Origin: an uncultured Fibrobacterota bacterium
GTDB taxonomy: Bacteria > Fibrobacterota > Chitinivibrionia > Chitinivibrionales > FEN-1185
DNA: 64,000 nt
NCBI GenBank assembly: GCA_963729895.1
Contig: CAVSQB010000023.1
Location: 1 to 64,000 of the forward strand
Reading direction: 5' to 3'
Position numbers and translations under genes: made by a program. Shown in pieces: positions 19,784 to 29,512 of this stretch. Each line of letters starts with the position of its first letter. Positions within the stretch are counted from its first letter, which is position 1. The notes beneath the pieces are model-generated. The model worked only from the letters and a program-made list of their open reading frames with translations, was not told the DNA's origin and searched no databases.

Positions 19784-19950
19784 GCGCCGATTCGGGCGCA
19801 CGAGGGAACCACGGCGAAAACAAGCGGACGCCGCACGAAGGCCCTGCGGCCCCGATGGCCGGGAAACCGAAAAAGTACTATAAAATAGTTTGACAAAAAA
19901 CTTATTTTACCTGTGAATAATGAGACAGCCGCTCGTGCCATCGCGAAAGG

Positions 19951-20907
19951 ATGCCCGTGAAAAAGAACAACATGGAATTCACCGTGGGCGGGTTCATCCT
20001 GATTGCGCTCTTCATTCTGATTGCCGGCGTTCTATGGCTCAAGAGCTCCACGCTCACGCGCTCAATGGTTGAATACAGCGTGTTGTTCCCCAACATCGGC
20101 TCGCTGCAGCAAGGCGATCCGGTGCAGGTGAACGGCGTGCGAAAAGGCGTCGTGGGCTCAATTGCCCTTACCGGGTCCCGCGTCACAGTCGTCATCAAGG
20201 TTGACAAAAACGTTACGATCACCGATTCGTCCTCCATCACGGTTCAGAACATCGGGCTCATGGGAGAACGAACCGTGGGCATCCAGCTTTCCGAACACGG
20301 GAAACCCATTCATCCGAACACCAAGGGGAAGATCACTTACATTCAGGGGCATTTCGACAGCGGCATTGCCGAAGCAATGGGCATGATCGGCTCGGTGCTG
20401 GGTGATGCGCGTACGCTCCTTGCCAATGTATCGGCCATAGTGGACAGCACGATTGGAGACTCGGCATTCTACGCATCGTTCAAGCACATTGTCGGGAGGC
20501 TCGACACCGTTACGCGGCTCGCGCAAACCCTGGTAAGAGAAAACCGGGGCAAAATCGACAAGAGCCTCACCAACGTCAAGACCGTAACCACCGACATGAA
20601 AGAACTGCTCGATTCGAACAGGGCCCAAATCAACACCATCGTGTCCAACGGCACCACCCTTTCTTCACGCGCGGTAACGATTGTAGGCACGGTAGACACC
20701 ATTACTTCCTCGTTGCAAACTATGGTGAAGAGAATCGAACGCGGCGAAGGTTCGGTGGGCGCGCTTTTGTCCGACGAACAGTTCTACAAAGATCTTAAGA
20801 AGGCCGTTGCCGATCTTGACGCATTGCTGTCCGAGGTGCAGCAGGACGGCCTCAAGCTCAGGCTCAAGCTCGGGTTCAAGAAGGAGACCAAGAAGCAGAC
20901 TCCATGA
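19951..20907 (+). CDS. MlaD/MCE-family protein
   Basis: N-terminal VGGFIL TM, GSLQQGDPVQVNGVRKGVV, GLMGER, helical C-terminus. Confidence 0.85.
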   Translation: MPVKKNNMEFTVGGFILIALFILIAGVLWLKSSTLTRSMVEYSVLFPNIGSLQQGDPVQVNGVRKGVVGSIALTGSRVTVVIKVDKNVTITDSSSITVQNIGLMGERTVGIQLSEHGKPIHPNTKGKITYIQGHFDSGIAEAMGMIGSVLGDARTLLANVSAIVDSTIGDSAFYASFKHIVGRLDTVTRLAQTLVRENRGKIDKSLTNVKTVTTDMKELLDSNRAQINTIVSNGTTLSSRAVTIVGTVDTITSSLQTMVKRIERGEGSVGALLSDEQFYKDLKKAVADLDALLSEVQQDGLKLRLKLGFKKETKKQTP

Positions 20908-21170
20908 CACAGCGCGAAGTGTATGTTATAAACCATCTTGGGATCCATGCCCGTCCAGCCTTTCTCATCGTTCAGACTTCCTGTGCGTTCGATGCTGATA
21001 TCTGGCTGGAAAAAGACGGCACAGCCGCAAACGCAAAAAGCGTCCTGAGCGTCATGATGCTTGCCGCGGCGTGCGATTCCAAGATCGTTGTCAGTGCATC
21101 CGGAAAAGACGAAGAAAGGGCCGTTGAGGCCGTTGTGAAGTTGTTTGAGAGCAAGTTCAATGAGGAGTGA
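20904..21170 (+). CDS. ptsH: HPr phosphocarrier protein
   Basis: LGIHARPA (His15), AKSVLSVMML (Ser46), GKDEERA. Confidence 0.9.
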   Translation: MTQREVYVINHLGIHARPAFLIVQTSCAFDADIWLEKDGTAANAKSVLSVMMLAAACDSKIVVSASGKDEERAVEAVVKLFESKFNEE

Positions 21171-21349
21171 GTTTCGATGAGGTAGGATGGTACCTGTTGG
21201 GGCTTTTCTCGCCCTAACCTCAGCCCCGCATTCTTTCGCCCCGCCTCTGCTATTCAGTCAAGGCAATAATGTATATTCTTACTTCTCCAAGCATACTGTC
21301 TTACTACGCGGAAAAACAGTGAGTTAAGGATATTGTTGAAGGGAATCAC

Positions 21350-22660
21350 ATGAAGGAGATCAACGTCGGTCTTGTTGGCGCAGGAACCATAGGCGGCGGC
21401 GTGGTGAAGCTGCTTGATCAGAAAGCCTCTTATTTCCGCAACAACCTCGGTCTTTCTCTACGGCTCGCGCGCATCGCCGACAAGGCTGCCGCTCGCTTTG
21501 CGGAGCTGCCTGTGGGGAACGCGGTCTGCACCGAAAACGCCAACGACATTATCGACGACCCGGACATCAACGTCGTCATCGAGCTTGTGGGCGGCACCAC
21601 TTTTGCAAAAGACCTGATAATCGCGGCGCTATCCAAAGGGAAACATGTGATAACGGCAAACAAGGCCCTGGTTGCGGAGCACGGTCCGGCCATTTTTGAG
21701 CTTGCCGAGAAGAACGGTGTGTCCGTGCACTTTGAGGCCTCGGTGGGCGGCGGCATGCCGGTCATCAAAACGATTCGCGAAGCGCTTGTTGCCAATGAAA
21801 TCACCATGGTGAAGACCATCATAAATGGTACGTGCAACTACATCCTCGCGCAGATGTCCGAAAAGGGACTCTTGTTCGACACTGCGCTCAAGAAAGCTCA
21901 AAAGAGCGGGTTTGCCGAAGCGGACCCCACGCTTGACATAGGCGGAGGAGACAGCGGACACAAGGTGGCGATCATGGCGTCTCTCATACACGGCGGCTAT
22001 GTCCCGATGAGCAAGGTCTTTATAGAGGGTATCACCGATATTTCAAAAGAAGACATCATGTTTGCCCAGGAACTTGGGTACACCATAAAGTTGCTGGGCA
22101 TCATCAGGAAATCCCAAGGGGACGATCGAATTGATGTCCGTGTACATCCCGCAATGCTGCACAGCAAGCATATCCTCGCCTCCGTTGGCGATGTATTCAA
22201 CGCAGTGCTGCTTGAAGGAAACGCCGTTGGCCCCACGCTCCTATTCGGTCGCGGTGCGGGCGAAATGCCCACCGCATCCTCTGTTGTAAGCGATATCATC
22301 GATGTCGCGCGGGACATTTCTGCCGGAGTGCCCAAGCGAATTCCCATGAACTATTACCGCCTCGACAACGAAATAAAGGTAAAACCAATCGACGAGGTTG
22401 TGTCCCGCTACTACCTGTGCTTCTGGGTGTCCGACAAGCCAAAGGTACTTGCCTCAATTGCTACCATACTCGGCAACTACTCAATTTCCATTGCCTCGGT
22501 GCTCCAGAAAGAGTCTACCGAGGAAAGCTGTGTGCCGGTTATCATGCTCACGCACAAAGCGGTTGAAAAGAACGTGCGTGACGCACTCACCGAGATACAA
22601 ACAATGGATTATGTGAAGAAAAAAACCCATGTGATAAGAATTTCCGGGCAGATAAAATGA
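21350..22660 (+). CDS. hom: Homoserine dehydrogenase with ACT domain
   Basis: GAGTIGGG, VITANKA, EASVGGGMP, NGTCNYIL, GFAEADP, GRGAG. Confidence 0.95.
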   Translation: MKEINVGLVGAGTIGGGVVKLLDQKASYFRNNLGLSLRLARIADKAAARFAELPVGNAVCTENANDIIDDPDINVVIELVGGTTFAKDLIIAALSKGKHVITANKALVAEHGPAIFELAEKNGVSVHFEASVGGGMPVIKTIREALVANEITMVKTIINGTCNYILAQMSEKGLLFDTALKKAQKSGFAEADPTLDIGGGDSGHKVAIMASLIHGGYVPMSKVFIEGITDISKEDIMFAQELGYTIKLLGIIRKSQGDDRIDVRVHPAMLHSKHILASVGDVFNAVLLEGNAVGPTLLFGRGAGEMPTASSVVSDIIDVARDISAGVPKRIPMNYYRLDNEIKVKPIDEVVSRYYLCFWVSDKPKVLASIATILGNYSISIASVLQKESTEESCVPVIMLTHKAVEKNVRDALTEIQTMDYVKKKTHVIRISGQIK

Positions 22661-22790
22661 GGAGGCAATAGTCGAATAAACAACCACGGCCGCAGGCCGT
22701 GGTCCACGCCGGAAAATCCCGAAGGGTTTTCCTCCGATCTTTTGACCGGACAACGTTTGATCTTCACGAAAGAAAAAGGACCGTTGCACT

Positions 22791-24137
22791 ATGAAAAAGC
22801 CATACCTCAGAGCTTTCGGCGGCGGTGAACAGACCTATCCCGTTTCCGAAATCCGTTACCGCAGCAGTGACGGCCGCACGCTCGAAGTTGACAACTGCAT
22901 TGCCGCCATGGATGCAAAAAAAGCTGCGGCCCTGCGCAGGATTTTCGATACCCGGCTTATGTCGCGCAAGCCGCTGGATAGGAGCGGCGTGTGGCGGTAC
23001 AGGGAGTTTTTGCCCGCGTTCAAGCCGTTCGATGCCGTGGTGACCATGTTTGAGGGAAACACCGCTATCTTCAGCATGCCAAAATGTGCGCGCTACTGCG
23101 GCATGCAGTACCTTCTTGCAAAGCACCAAGGGCTCAACCCGACCGGATCGTTCAAAGACAACGGTATGACTGCGGCGGTCACCATGGCCAAGAAGCTCGG
23201 CGCAAAAATGGTCGCCTGCGCCTCAACCGGCAACACCTCCGCGTCCATGGCAGCGTATGCCGCGCGCGCAGGCCTCAAGAGCATCGTATTCATTCCTGAT
23301 GGCCAGATCGCCTATGGCAAGCTCTCGCAGTCTCTCGATTACGGCGCCCTCACCATCCAGATCGCAGGCGATTTCGACAAGGCAATGGAGATCGTGGAGG
23401 ACCTGTGCGGCCGCGGCGCACTATACCTTCTCAATTCGATCAATCCGTTCCGCATCGAAGGCCAGAAGACCATCATGATCGAAATGCTGCACCAGCTTGG
23501 TTGGGAAGCGCCCGACTGGGTGATTGTCCCGGGCGGCAATCTGGGAAATTCCAGCTCGTTCGGCAAGGCGTTTGACGAAATGGTCAGGTCGAGATTCATC
23601 AAGAAAGTCCCGAAAATCGCGATTATCCAGGCGCAAGGGGCCAATCCGCTGTACAACAGTTTTGTTTCGGGAGACAGGAACCTGCACCCGGTGCATGCAA
23701 ACACCCGGGCAACCGCGATAAAGATCGGCAACCCTGTGAGCTTCGACAAGGCCTTGTTCGCCGTCGATTCTACCGGCGGCACGGTGGAGCAGGTGACCGA
23801 AGAGGAAATCGCGCTTGCCAAGAGTGTCATCGGAACCGACGGCGTGGGCTCCGAGCCGGCTTCGGCCACCACGGTTGCGGGATGCAGGAAACTTGTCGCA
23901 AAGGGAATAATCAACAAGTCCGATACCGCAGTCTGCATCCTTACCGGACATCTGCTCAAAGACCCGGATTACACGGTTGAGTTCCATCGCGATGAACTGT
24001 ACCTCGATGCGCAGCGGGCGACAACATTGTCCGGCACGGAGCGTATTTCCACAGGCGGTTTGAGCAACCGGCCCGTGAAACTGCCGGCGGATAAGGGTGA
24101 GATTATGAAGTATATAGATTCATGGGCGAAAAAATAA
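22791..24137 (+). CDS. thrC: Threonine synthase
   Basis: NPTGSFKD, CASTGNTSAS, NSINPFRIEGQKT, PGGNLGN, TGHLLKDP. Confidence 0.95.
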   Translation: MKKPYLRAFGGGEQTYPVSEIRYRSSDGRTLEVDNCIAAMDAKKAAALRRIFDTRLMSRKPLDRSGVWRYREFLPAFKPFDAVVTMFEGNTAIFSMPKCARYCGMQYLLAKHQGLNPTGSFKDNGMTAAVTMAKKLGAKMVACASTGNTSASMAAYAARAGLKSIVFIPDGQIAYGKLSQSLDYGALTIQIAGDFDKAMEIVEDLCGRGALYLLNSINPFRIEGQKTIMIEMLHQLGWEAPDWVIVPGGNLGNSSSFGKAFDEMVRSRFIKKVPKIAIIQAQGANPLYNSFVSGDRNLHPVHANTRATAIKIGNPVSFDKALFAVDSTGGTVEQVTEEEIALAKSVIGTDGVGSEPASATTVAGCRKLVAKGIINKSDTAVCILTGHLLKDPDYTVEFHRDELYLDAQRATTLSGTERISTGGLSNRPVKLPADKGEIMKYIDSWAKK

Positions 24138-24199
24138 CAAGAGTGTCGTTTGTGGGGGAAGTGTACCCCGTCGGGCACTTCCAAGGGTCGTCCCCCTAG

Positions 24200-25511
24200 C
24201 AGGGTGTTGAAAAAGTCTCCCTTTTGTAAACATTTATCCTTATATTATAGGGGAACCCCAACCAAGGAGTATTGATGAGAGGTTCCCAGCCAGCCCAAGG
24301 CGGTATGTTCAGCTTCGTTTCTCCGGATTCCCGAGTGCCGGCAACACACCCGCTTCGTCGTGTCAAACAGTTTACGGACATAGCGCTGCGCCGCCTTTCT
24401 CGTGACTTTGAGGCGATGTACAGCCGGATGGGACGCCCTTCGATACCGCCGGAATGGCTTTTGAAAGCACAGATATTGATGGCTTTGTTTTCGATACGGT
24501 CGGACCGGTTGTTTTGCGAGATGCTGGACTATAACATTCTGTTCCGATGGTTTCTTGACATGGATCTGGATGCGGCATCGTTTGATCATAGTGTGTTTTC
24601 GAAGAACCGAGATCGACTTATGGAACAGGAGATTGCGCACCGGCTGATGCAGGAAATCGTGCGTCTTGCTCGTTCCGAAGAGTTGTTGTCCGATGAGCAT
24701 TTCACGGTTGACGGCACGTTGATTGAAGCCTGGGCATCGATGAAGAGCTTCAAGCGAAAAGACGCGGAATCGGCGAACAAGACTGACGATGATCGGAGTA
24801 ATCCGTCGGTTGATTTCCACCATGAGAAGCGAAGCAATGAGACACATCAGAGTTCGACCGATCCAGAGGCGCTGTTGGCTCGGAAGAACAAGAGAACGGG
24901 AGCGCAGCTGGCGTATTCCGGTCACGTGCTGATGGAAAACCGAAATGGGTTGTGTGTTGATATCGCCATTGCGCCAGCGACGGGGACAGCGGAACGGGAT
25001 ATGGCGCTTGAGCTGATAAAGCATGAACGCAGGCGCGGAAAACGCCGGATGAAGACGGTGGGTGCAGACAAAGGGTATCATGCAACCGAATTTATCAAGA
25101 GCCTGCGACGCCTGCACGTGAAGCCTCACATTGCCGAGAAGGCCAACACTTCGCTTAAAGGGTTGGATGGAAGAACGACTCGGCATAAGGGATACAGCGT
25201 AAGTCAACGGAAACGAAAACGGGTTGAAGAGATATTTGGGTGGATCAAGAGCGTCGGTGGCCTGCGGAAAACTCGGGTAAGAGGAATACGAATCAACCAG
25301 ACTGTTGCCTACGTGGTTGCCGCAGCGTACAACTTGATACGCATGGTTAAGTTGATGCCGCAAACGGTGGGGGCAGCATGAGAATGGCCTGGGAATCCGG
25401 GGAAATGCCTCGGAACGAGGCAGGTAAAACCTCTCTGACATATGTAAAGTTGAAGTTAGGTTCATAAAAAATCAACAAGAGCGCTTCTGTTAGGACTATT
25501 TCAACAACCTG
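24200..25511 (+). mobile_element. IS5-family insertion sequence, copy 2
   Basis: Same IRs; CTAG duplication at 24196-24199 and 25512-25515; only two differences from copy 1 noticed by eye. Confidence 0.95.
24272..25381 (+). CDS. IS5-family transposase
   Basis: Protein identical to 15381-16490. Confidence 0.95.
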   Translation: MMRGSQPAQGGMFSFVSPDSRVPATHPLRRVKQFTDIALRRLSRDFEAMYSRMGRPSIPPEWLLKAQILMALFSIRSDRLFCEMLDYNILFRWFLDMDLDAASFDHSVFSKNRDRLMEQEIAHRLMQEIVRLARSEELLSDEHFTVDGTLIEAWASMKSFKRKDAESANKTDDDRSNPSVDFHHEKRSNETHQSSTDPEALLARKNKRTGAQLAYSGHVLMENRNGLCVDIAIAPATGTAERDMALELIKHERRRGKRRMKTVGADKGYHATEFIKSLRRLHVKPHIAEKANTSLKGLDGRTTRHKGYSVSQRKRKRVEEIFGWIKSVGGLRKTRVRGIRINQTVAYVVAAAYNLIRMVKLMPQTVGAA

Positions 25512-25932
25512 CTAGGGTGCGGCTTCCGGCGCCTCCTTGATGAATACAAATACCACAAATTCCGGAGGCGCCGGCGATCCGCACCCATACCCCCTCGTGG
25601 GTAGCCCCCAAGAGAGTTGATTTGCAAGAAAGAAGTTTCGGCTGCGGGGCACCGAGGAAGAGAGTTGAGAAGTTCAGCGCCGGGTCTTGATTGACTTCTT
25701 GAAGATATTAGTTGGCGACGAAAAATGCTAATTGACAAAATATATTTCCTTTGCCGCCGCGTTAGGTGGACCGGAGGGTGAGCTGGTGCGAATTGCCGCC
25801 TGATCCCTCGCCGAAGGCGGTAGGGACAGGCGGCAACGAGGCCGACAGGCCGAGCCCGGAGGGAGACCGACCCGGCCGGAGGCCGGGGAACGCCCAACTG
25901 TCTTTCAAAATCAAGAAACAGGATTGGTAATC

Positions 25933-27123
25933 ATGAAATATGCGATTCTGGTCGGCGACGGGATGGCGGACTTCCCTCTTCCCGAGCTTGACAACCGCAC
26001 ACCGCTCGGCTACGCGGCCACGCCGAACATGGATACGGTCGCCCGGGAGGGCCGAGTCGGGCTTGTCAAGACCATACCCGACGGGCTTCCTCCGGGCAGC
26101 GACGTGGCGAACATGTCGCTCATGGGATACGACCCGGCGGCCTACTATTCCGGCCGCGCGCCCATCGAGGCGGCGAGCATGGGGATTGAACTGAAAAAGA
26201 CCGACACGGCCTTCAGGTGTAATCTGGTGACGATCGAAAAAGGCGTCATGGCCGACTATTCGGCAGGCCACATCGAAACGTCCGACGCGCACGAGATCAT
26301 CGCCGCATTACAGGGTGAACTCGGAACCCGGGACCTGCGGTTTTACCCGGGCGTGAGCTACCGCCATATCACCGTGATCGCGGAATTCCCCTCGGGAAAG
26401 CTCGACTGCACTCCGCCGCACGATATTTCCGGCAGGGCGGTCGCCGGCAGCCTCCCCTCGGGAAAGGGCCAGGACATTGTCCGGCAGCTCATGGAACGGG
26501 CGCGGCCGGTGCTCGATTCCTGTGCTGTCAACAAGCGCCGCACAGCGCAGGGCAAGAAACCCGCAACCGACATCTGGCTCTGGGGCCAGGGCAAAGCGAT
26601 TGTGCTTCCCACCATGAAAGAGCGGTTTTCGATTACCGGTTCCGTGGTCTCCGCCGTGGACCTGGTACGCGGTATCGGCGTGCTTGCAGGGCTCAACGTG
26701 CGGATCGTTGAAGGCGCAACGGGCTACCTGGGGACCAACTATGCAGGCAAGATTTCCGCGGCGCACGATGCGCTGTGCAACGAGGACTTTGTGTTTGTCC
26801 ACGTGGAAGCGCCCGACGAAACATCGCATGAAGGCTCGCTCCAAAAGAAGATCCAGGCAATCGAAGAATTCGACAAGAATATCGTAGGAGAAATGGTCGC
26901 AATGCGCGGTGAATTCACGGACCTGCGCATCATGGTCCTGCCCGATCACGCCACTCCCGTGCCGCTCAAGACCCATCATGCCGCGCCTGTGCCCTTTGCC
27001 GTCTGCGGGGCCGGGGTCGATGCCGACGGCAGTCTTTCCTATTGCGAAAAATCGGCGCAGGGGAAAAAGATGTATACGGGCGTGACGCTGTTTGAGACGT
27101 TTATTAAGGGCAAATTCGAATAA
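25933..27123 (+). CDS. apgM: Cofactor-independent phosphoglycerate mutase, ApgM family (proposed homoserine kinase)
   Basis: VGDGMAD, PGSDVAN, GRAPIEAAS, HVEAPDETSHEG, LPDHATP. Confidence 0.85.
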   Translation: MKYAILVGDGMADFPLPELDNRTPLGYAATPNMDTVAREGRVGLVKTIPDGLPPGSDVANMSLMGYDPAAYYSGRAPIEAASMGIELKKTDTAFRCNLVTIEKGVMADYSAGHIETSDAHEIIAALQGELGTRDLRFYPGVSYRHITVIAEFPSGKLDCTPPHDISGRAVAGSLPSGKGQDIVRQLMERARPVLDSCAVNKRRTAQGKKPATDIWLWGQGKAIVLPTMKERFSITGSVVSAVDLVRGIGVLAGLNVRIVEGATGYLGTNYAGKISAAHDALCNEDFVFVHVEAPDETSHEGSLQKKIQAIEEFDKNIVGEMVAMRGEFTDLRIMVLPDHATPVPLKTHHAAPVPFAVCGAGVDADGSLSYCEKSAQGKKMYTGVTLFETFIKGKFE

Positions 27124-27143
27124 TAATAATACAATATCCTGGC

Positions 27144-27471
27144 GGGGGAAGTATCCCCCTCGCTCCGGCCGCCTCGGCCTTCGGCCTGCGGTGTCCTCCG
27201 CTACCCCCTCCTGGGTGCACCCCAAGTGGAAGTAGTTGCAAGAATCAAGCACCTGCGCGGGGGCACCCACGGAGAGAAAGTGACTGCAGAAAGCCGTTAA
27301 ATGCACGAGTCAGAGTTTCTTAAATTGAGTTTTGCGTTAGGCAAGACTGGAGGGTGCGCTAGAGCGCATTGCCGGTCGACCCCGCCGAAGGCATAGGGGC
27401 GATCCGGCAACGAGGCCAAAGGGCCGAGCCCGAAAGGATGGCCGCCATCGGCTTCAGCCGGTGGAACGCCC
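27144..27471. repeat. Composite structured intergenic repeat, copy 3 (uninterrupted, ~330 bp)
   Basis: Block A 27144-27223, pairing block ~27259-27270, block B 27334-27471. Confidence 0.8.
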
Positions 27472-27499
27472 GTTTTACCTCACAATCAAGAATCTAGCT

Positions 27500-28945
27500 A
27501 TGGTTGTACGATTCATCGAAAAAGCCCTTACCTTCCTCATCGACATCATTGCGTTCAACGTCGCGTTTGGAACCGCGTTCTGGATCCGCTACAAGAGCAA
27601 TTTCTTTCCCGAAAGCTTCAACTCCGAGATCGAATTCTCGTCGTATATCATTTTGTCAATCATCGTCGCGGGCTGCTGGGTGCTCATGTTCTTTTTTACC
27701 GGCCTGTACCGCGATTGGTACAAGGAATCAAGGCTCGACGAATTCTTTGTGGTCGTGCGCACCATTCTCATCGGCATCTTCCTGCTGTTCCTTATAACGA
27801 GCGCCTCGCAGATCATCGATTTCGCCACAAGCGGCAACATTGAACTCGTCTTGACAAGAACAAAATTCGCCGTGCTTGTCACCTATGCCGCGTGCCTCGT
27901 GTTCTTTACCACTGCCGACCGGTTTCTCATGCACAGCCTGCTGTCGTTTCTCTTTGTGCGCGGCATCGGCGTGAGCAAGGTACTTATTATCGGCGCCCAG
28001 GAACCGGGGATGCAGCTGCTCGACGAGCTCAAGCATTATCCCCAGCTCGGGTACCAGGTAAAGGGCTTCATCGACGACAACGGCAAGCTCACGGGCACGA
28101 TATGCAACGGCCTGCCCGTCCTGGGCACGTACTCCGACCTGCCTGCCGTCGTCAAGAAGGAGCGAATCACCGGACTCATTGTGTCGCATGTGTCGGGATC
28201 CGCCAACGAGATTCTCAAAATCGTCAATTACTGCGGAGACCTGCGGCTCACCATCTATATGGTGCCGTCACTCATGGACGTCATATCCGGCCACCTCAAG
28301 ACGCATCAGATATTCGGCGTGCCGCTCATGATCCTGCTGCAAGACCACCTGCCGGCCTGGGAGGCGCAAATCAAGCGCATTATCGACATCGTGGTGTCCA
28401 CGGTGGTGCTCGTTCTGGGCTCCCCCGTGTGGTTTGCCATCGCAGCGATCATCAGGCTCACCTCGCCGGGCAAGGCGATTTACAACCAGGAACGCGTGGG
28501 CCAGAACGGCAAGCCGTTTATCATGCATAAATTCCGCTCCATGTACAACGACGCGGAAAAGCACTCGGGCCCCACGTGGGCCACAAAAAAAGACCCTCGC
28601 ATTACGCCCATCGGCAGGTTTCTGCGCACGACGCGGCTCGATGAGATTCCGCAGTTCATCAACGTGCTGAAAGGAGAAATGAGCCTTGTGGGCCCGAGGC
28701 CGGAACGCGCGTTCTTCATCCAGCAGCTCAAGCAGGAGATCCCCTGGTATGCGCGCCGCATCAAGATGAAGCCCGGCATCACGGGGTGGGCGCAGGTGAA
28801 GCACAAATACGATGCGTCAATTGAGGATGTCAAGCAGAAGGTGATGTACGATCTGTACTATTTCGAAAACATGTCCCTCATGCTCGACCTCAAGATCATG
28901 CTGCACACGATTCTTGTGGTGTTTACGGGCAAAGGGGCTCACTAA
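27500..28945 (+). CDS. Polyprenyl-phosphate sugar transferase (WcaJ/WbaP family)
   Basis: N-terminal TMs, KRIIDI, QERVGQNGKPF..KFRSM, DEIPQFINVLKGEMSLVGPRPE, KPGITGWAQV. Confidence 0.92.
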   Translation: MVVRFIEKALTFLIDIIAFNVAFGTAFWIRYKSNFFPESFNSEIEFSSYIILSIIVAGCWVLMFFFTGLYRDWYKESRLDEFFVVVRTILIGIFLLFLITSASQIIDFATSGNIELVLTRTKFAVLVTYAACLVFFTTADRFLMHSLLSFLFVRGIGVSKVLIIGAQEPGMQLLDELKHYPQLGYQVKGFIDDNGKLTGTICNGLPVLGTYSDLPAVVKKERITGLIVSHVSGSANEILKIVNYCGDLRLTIYMVPSLMDVISGHLKTHQIFGVPLMILLQDHLPAWEAQIKRIIDIVVSTVVLVLGSPVWFAIAAIIRLTSPGKAIYNQERVGQNGKPFIMHKFRSMYNDAEKHSGPTWATKKDPRITPIGRFLRTTRLDEIPQFINVLKGEMSLVGPRPERAFFIQQLKQEIPWYARRIKMKPGITGWAQVKHKYDASIEDVKQKVMYDLYYFENMSLMLDLKIMLHTILVVFTGKGAH

Positions 28946-28952
28946 AAAAATG

Positions 28953-29017
28953 GTTGGAGCGTTCGAGCGTTGAGGTGTCTTCAACGCTCGAACGCTCCAA
29001 CGCACAAACACTCCAAC
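28953..29017. repeat. Perfect 21-bp inverted repeat built from 8-nt tandem units
   Basis: GTTGGAGCGTTCGAGCGTTGA-ggtgtct-TCAACGCTCGAACGCTCCAAC; units AACGCTCG/AACGCTCC/AACGCACA/AACACTCC. Confidence 0.8.
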
Positions 29018-29034
29018 CTTTTCAGGTATTCTTC

Positions 29035-29451
29035 ATGAGTAACCTCTATCGATTCGGCATTTCGCTCGAAAAGAGTCTTATCGACGAGTTCGACAGCCAT
29101 ATTCAGGGCCTCAACTACAAGAACCGCTCCGAGGCCATCCGCGACCTCATCCGCGAAGACCTTGTCAAGAAGCAATGGCTGTGCGGCAACGAGGTGGCGG
29201 GCGCCGTCACCATGAGCTACGATCATCACAAGCGCGAGCTTGTCAACAAGCTCATGGACATCCAGCACGATTTCCAATCGCTCATTATCTCGAGCCAGCA
29301 TGTCCACATCGATCACCACAACTGCCTGGAGATTATCGCGGTAAAGGGCAAGGCCCGCGAGGTTGAAAAACTGGCGAGCTTGCTCAAGGCGCAGAAAGGC
29401 GTGAAGCATGTGGCGTTGTCGATGTCGACAACGGGCGAAGGATTGCGATGA
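29035..29451 (+). CDS. nikR: Nickel-responsive regulator
   Basis: RFGISL ribbon-helix-helix, NRSEAIRDLIR, YDHH, QHVHIDHHNCLEII. Confidence 0.95.
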   Translation: MSNLYRFGISLEKSLIDEFDSHIQGLNYKNRSEAIRDLIREDLVKKQWLCGNEVAGAVTMSYDHHKRELVNKLMDIQHDFQSLIISSQHVHIDHHNCLEIIAVKGKAREVEKLASLLKAQKGVKHVALSMSTTGEGLR

Positions 29452-29512
29452 CCGGGGTCGGACTGATACGGAATATCCGGGAATTCCATTTTCGATAAGG
29501 AGGGCAACCGGA

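Larger units (their letters stand above)
24154..25895. repeat. Composite structured intergenic repeat, copy 2 (interrupted by IS5)
   Basis: Same ordered blocks as copies 1 and 3, with different variable hairpins. Confidence 0.75.

Noticed and set aside
15249..27471. Repeats as a CRISPR array, integron attC sites or tRNAs
   Set aside because: No regular repeat-spacer period, no cas or integrase genes, no cassette structure, no cloverleaf
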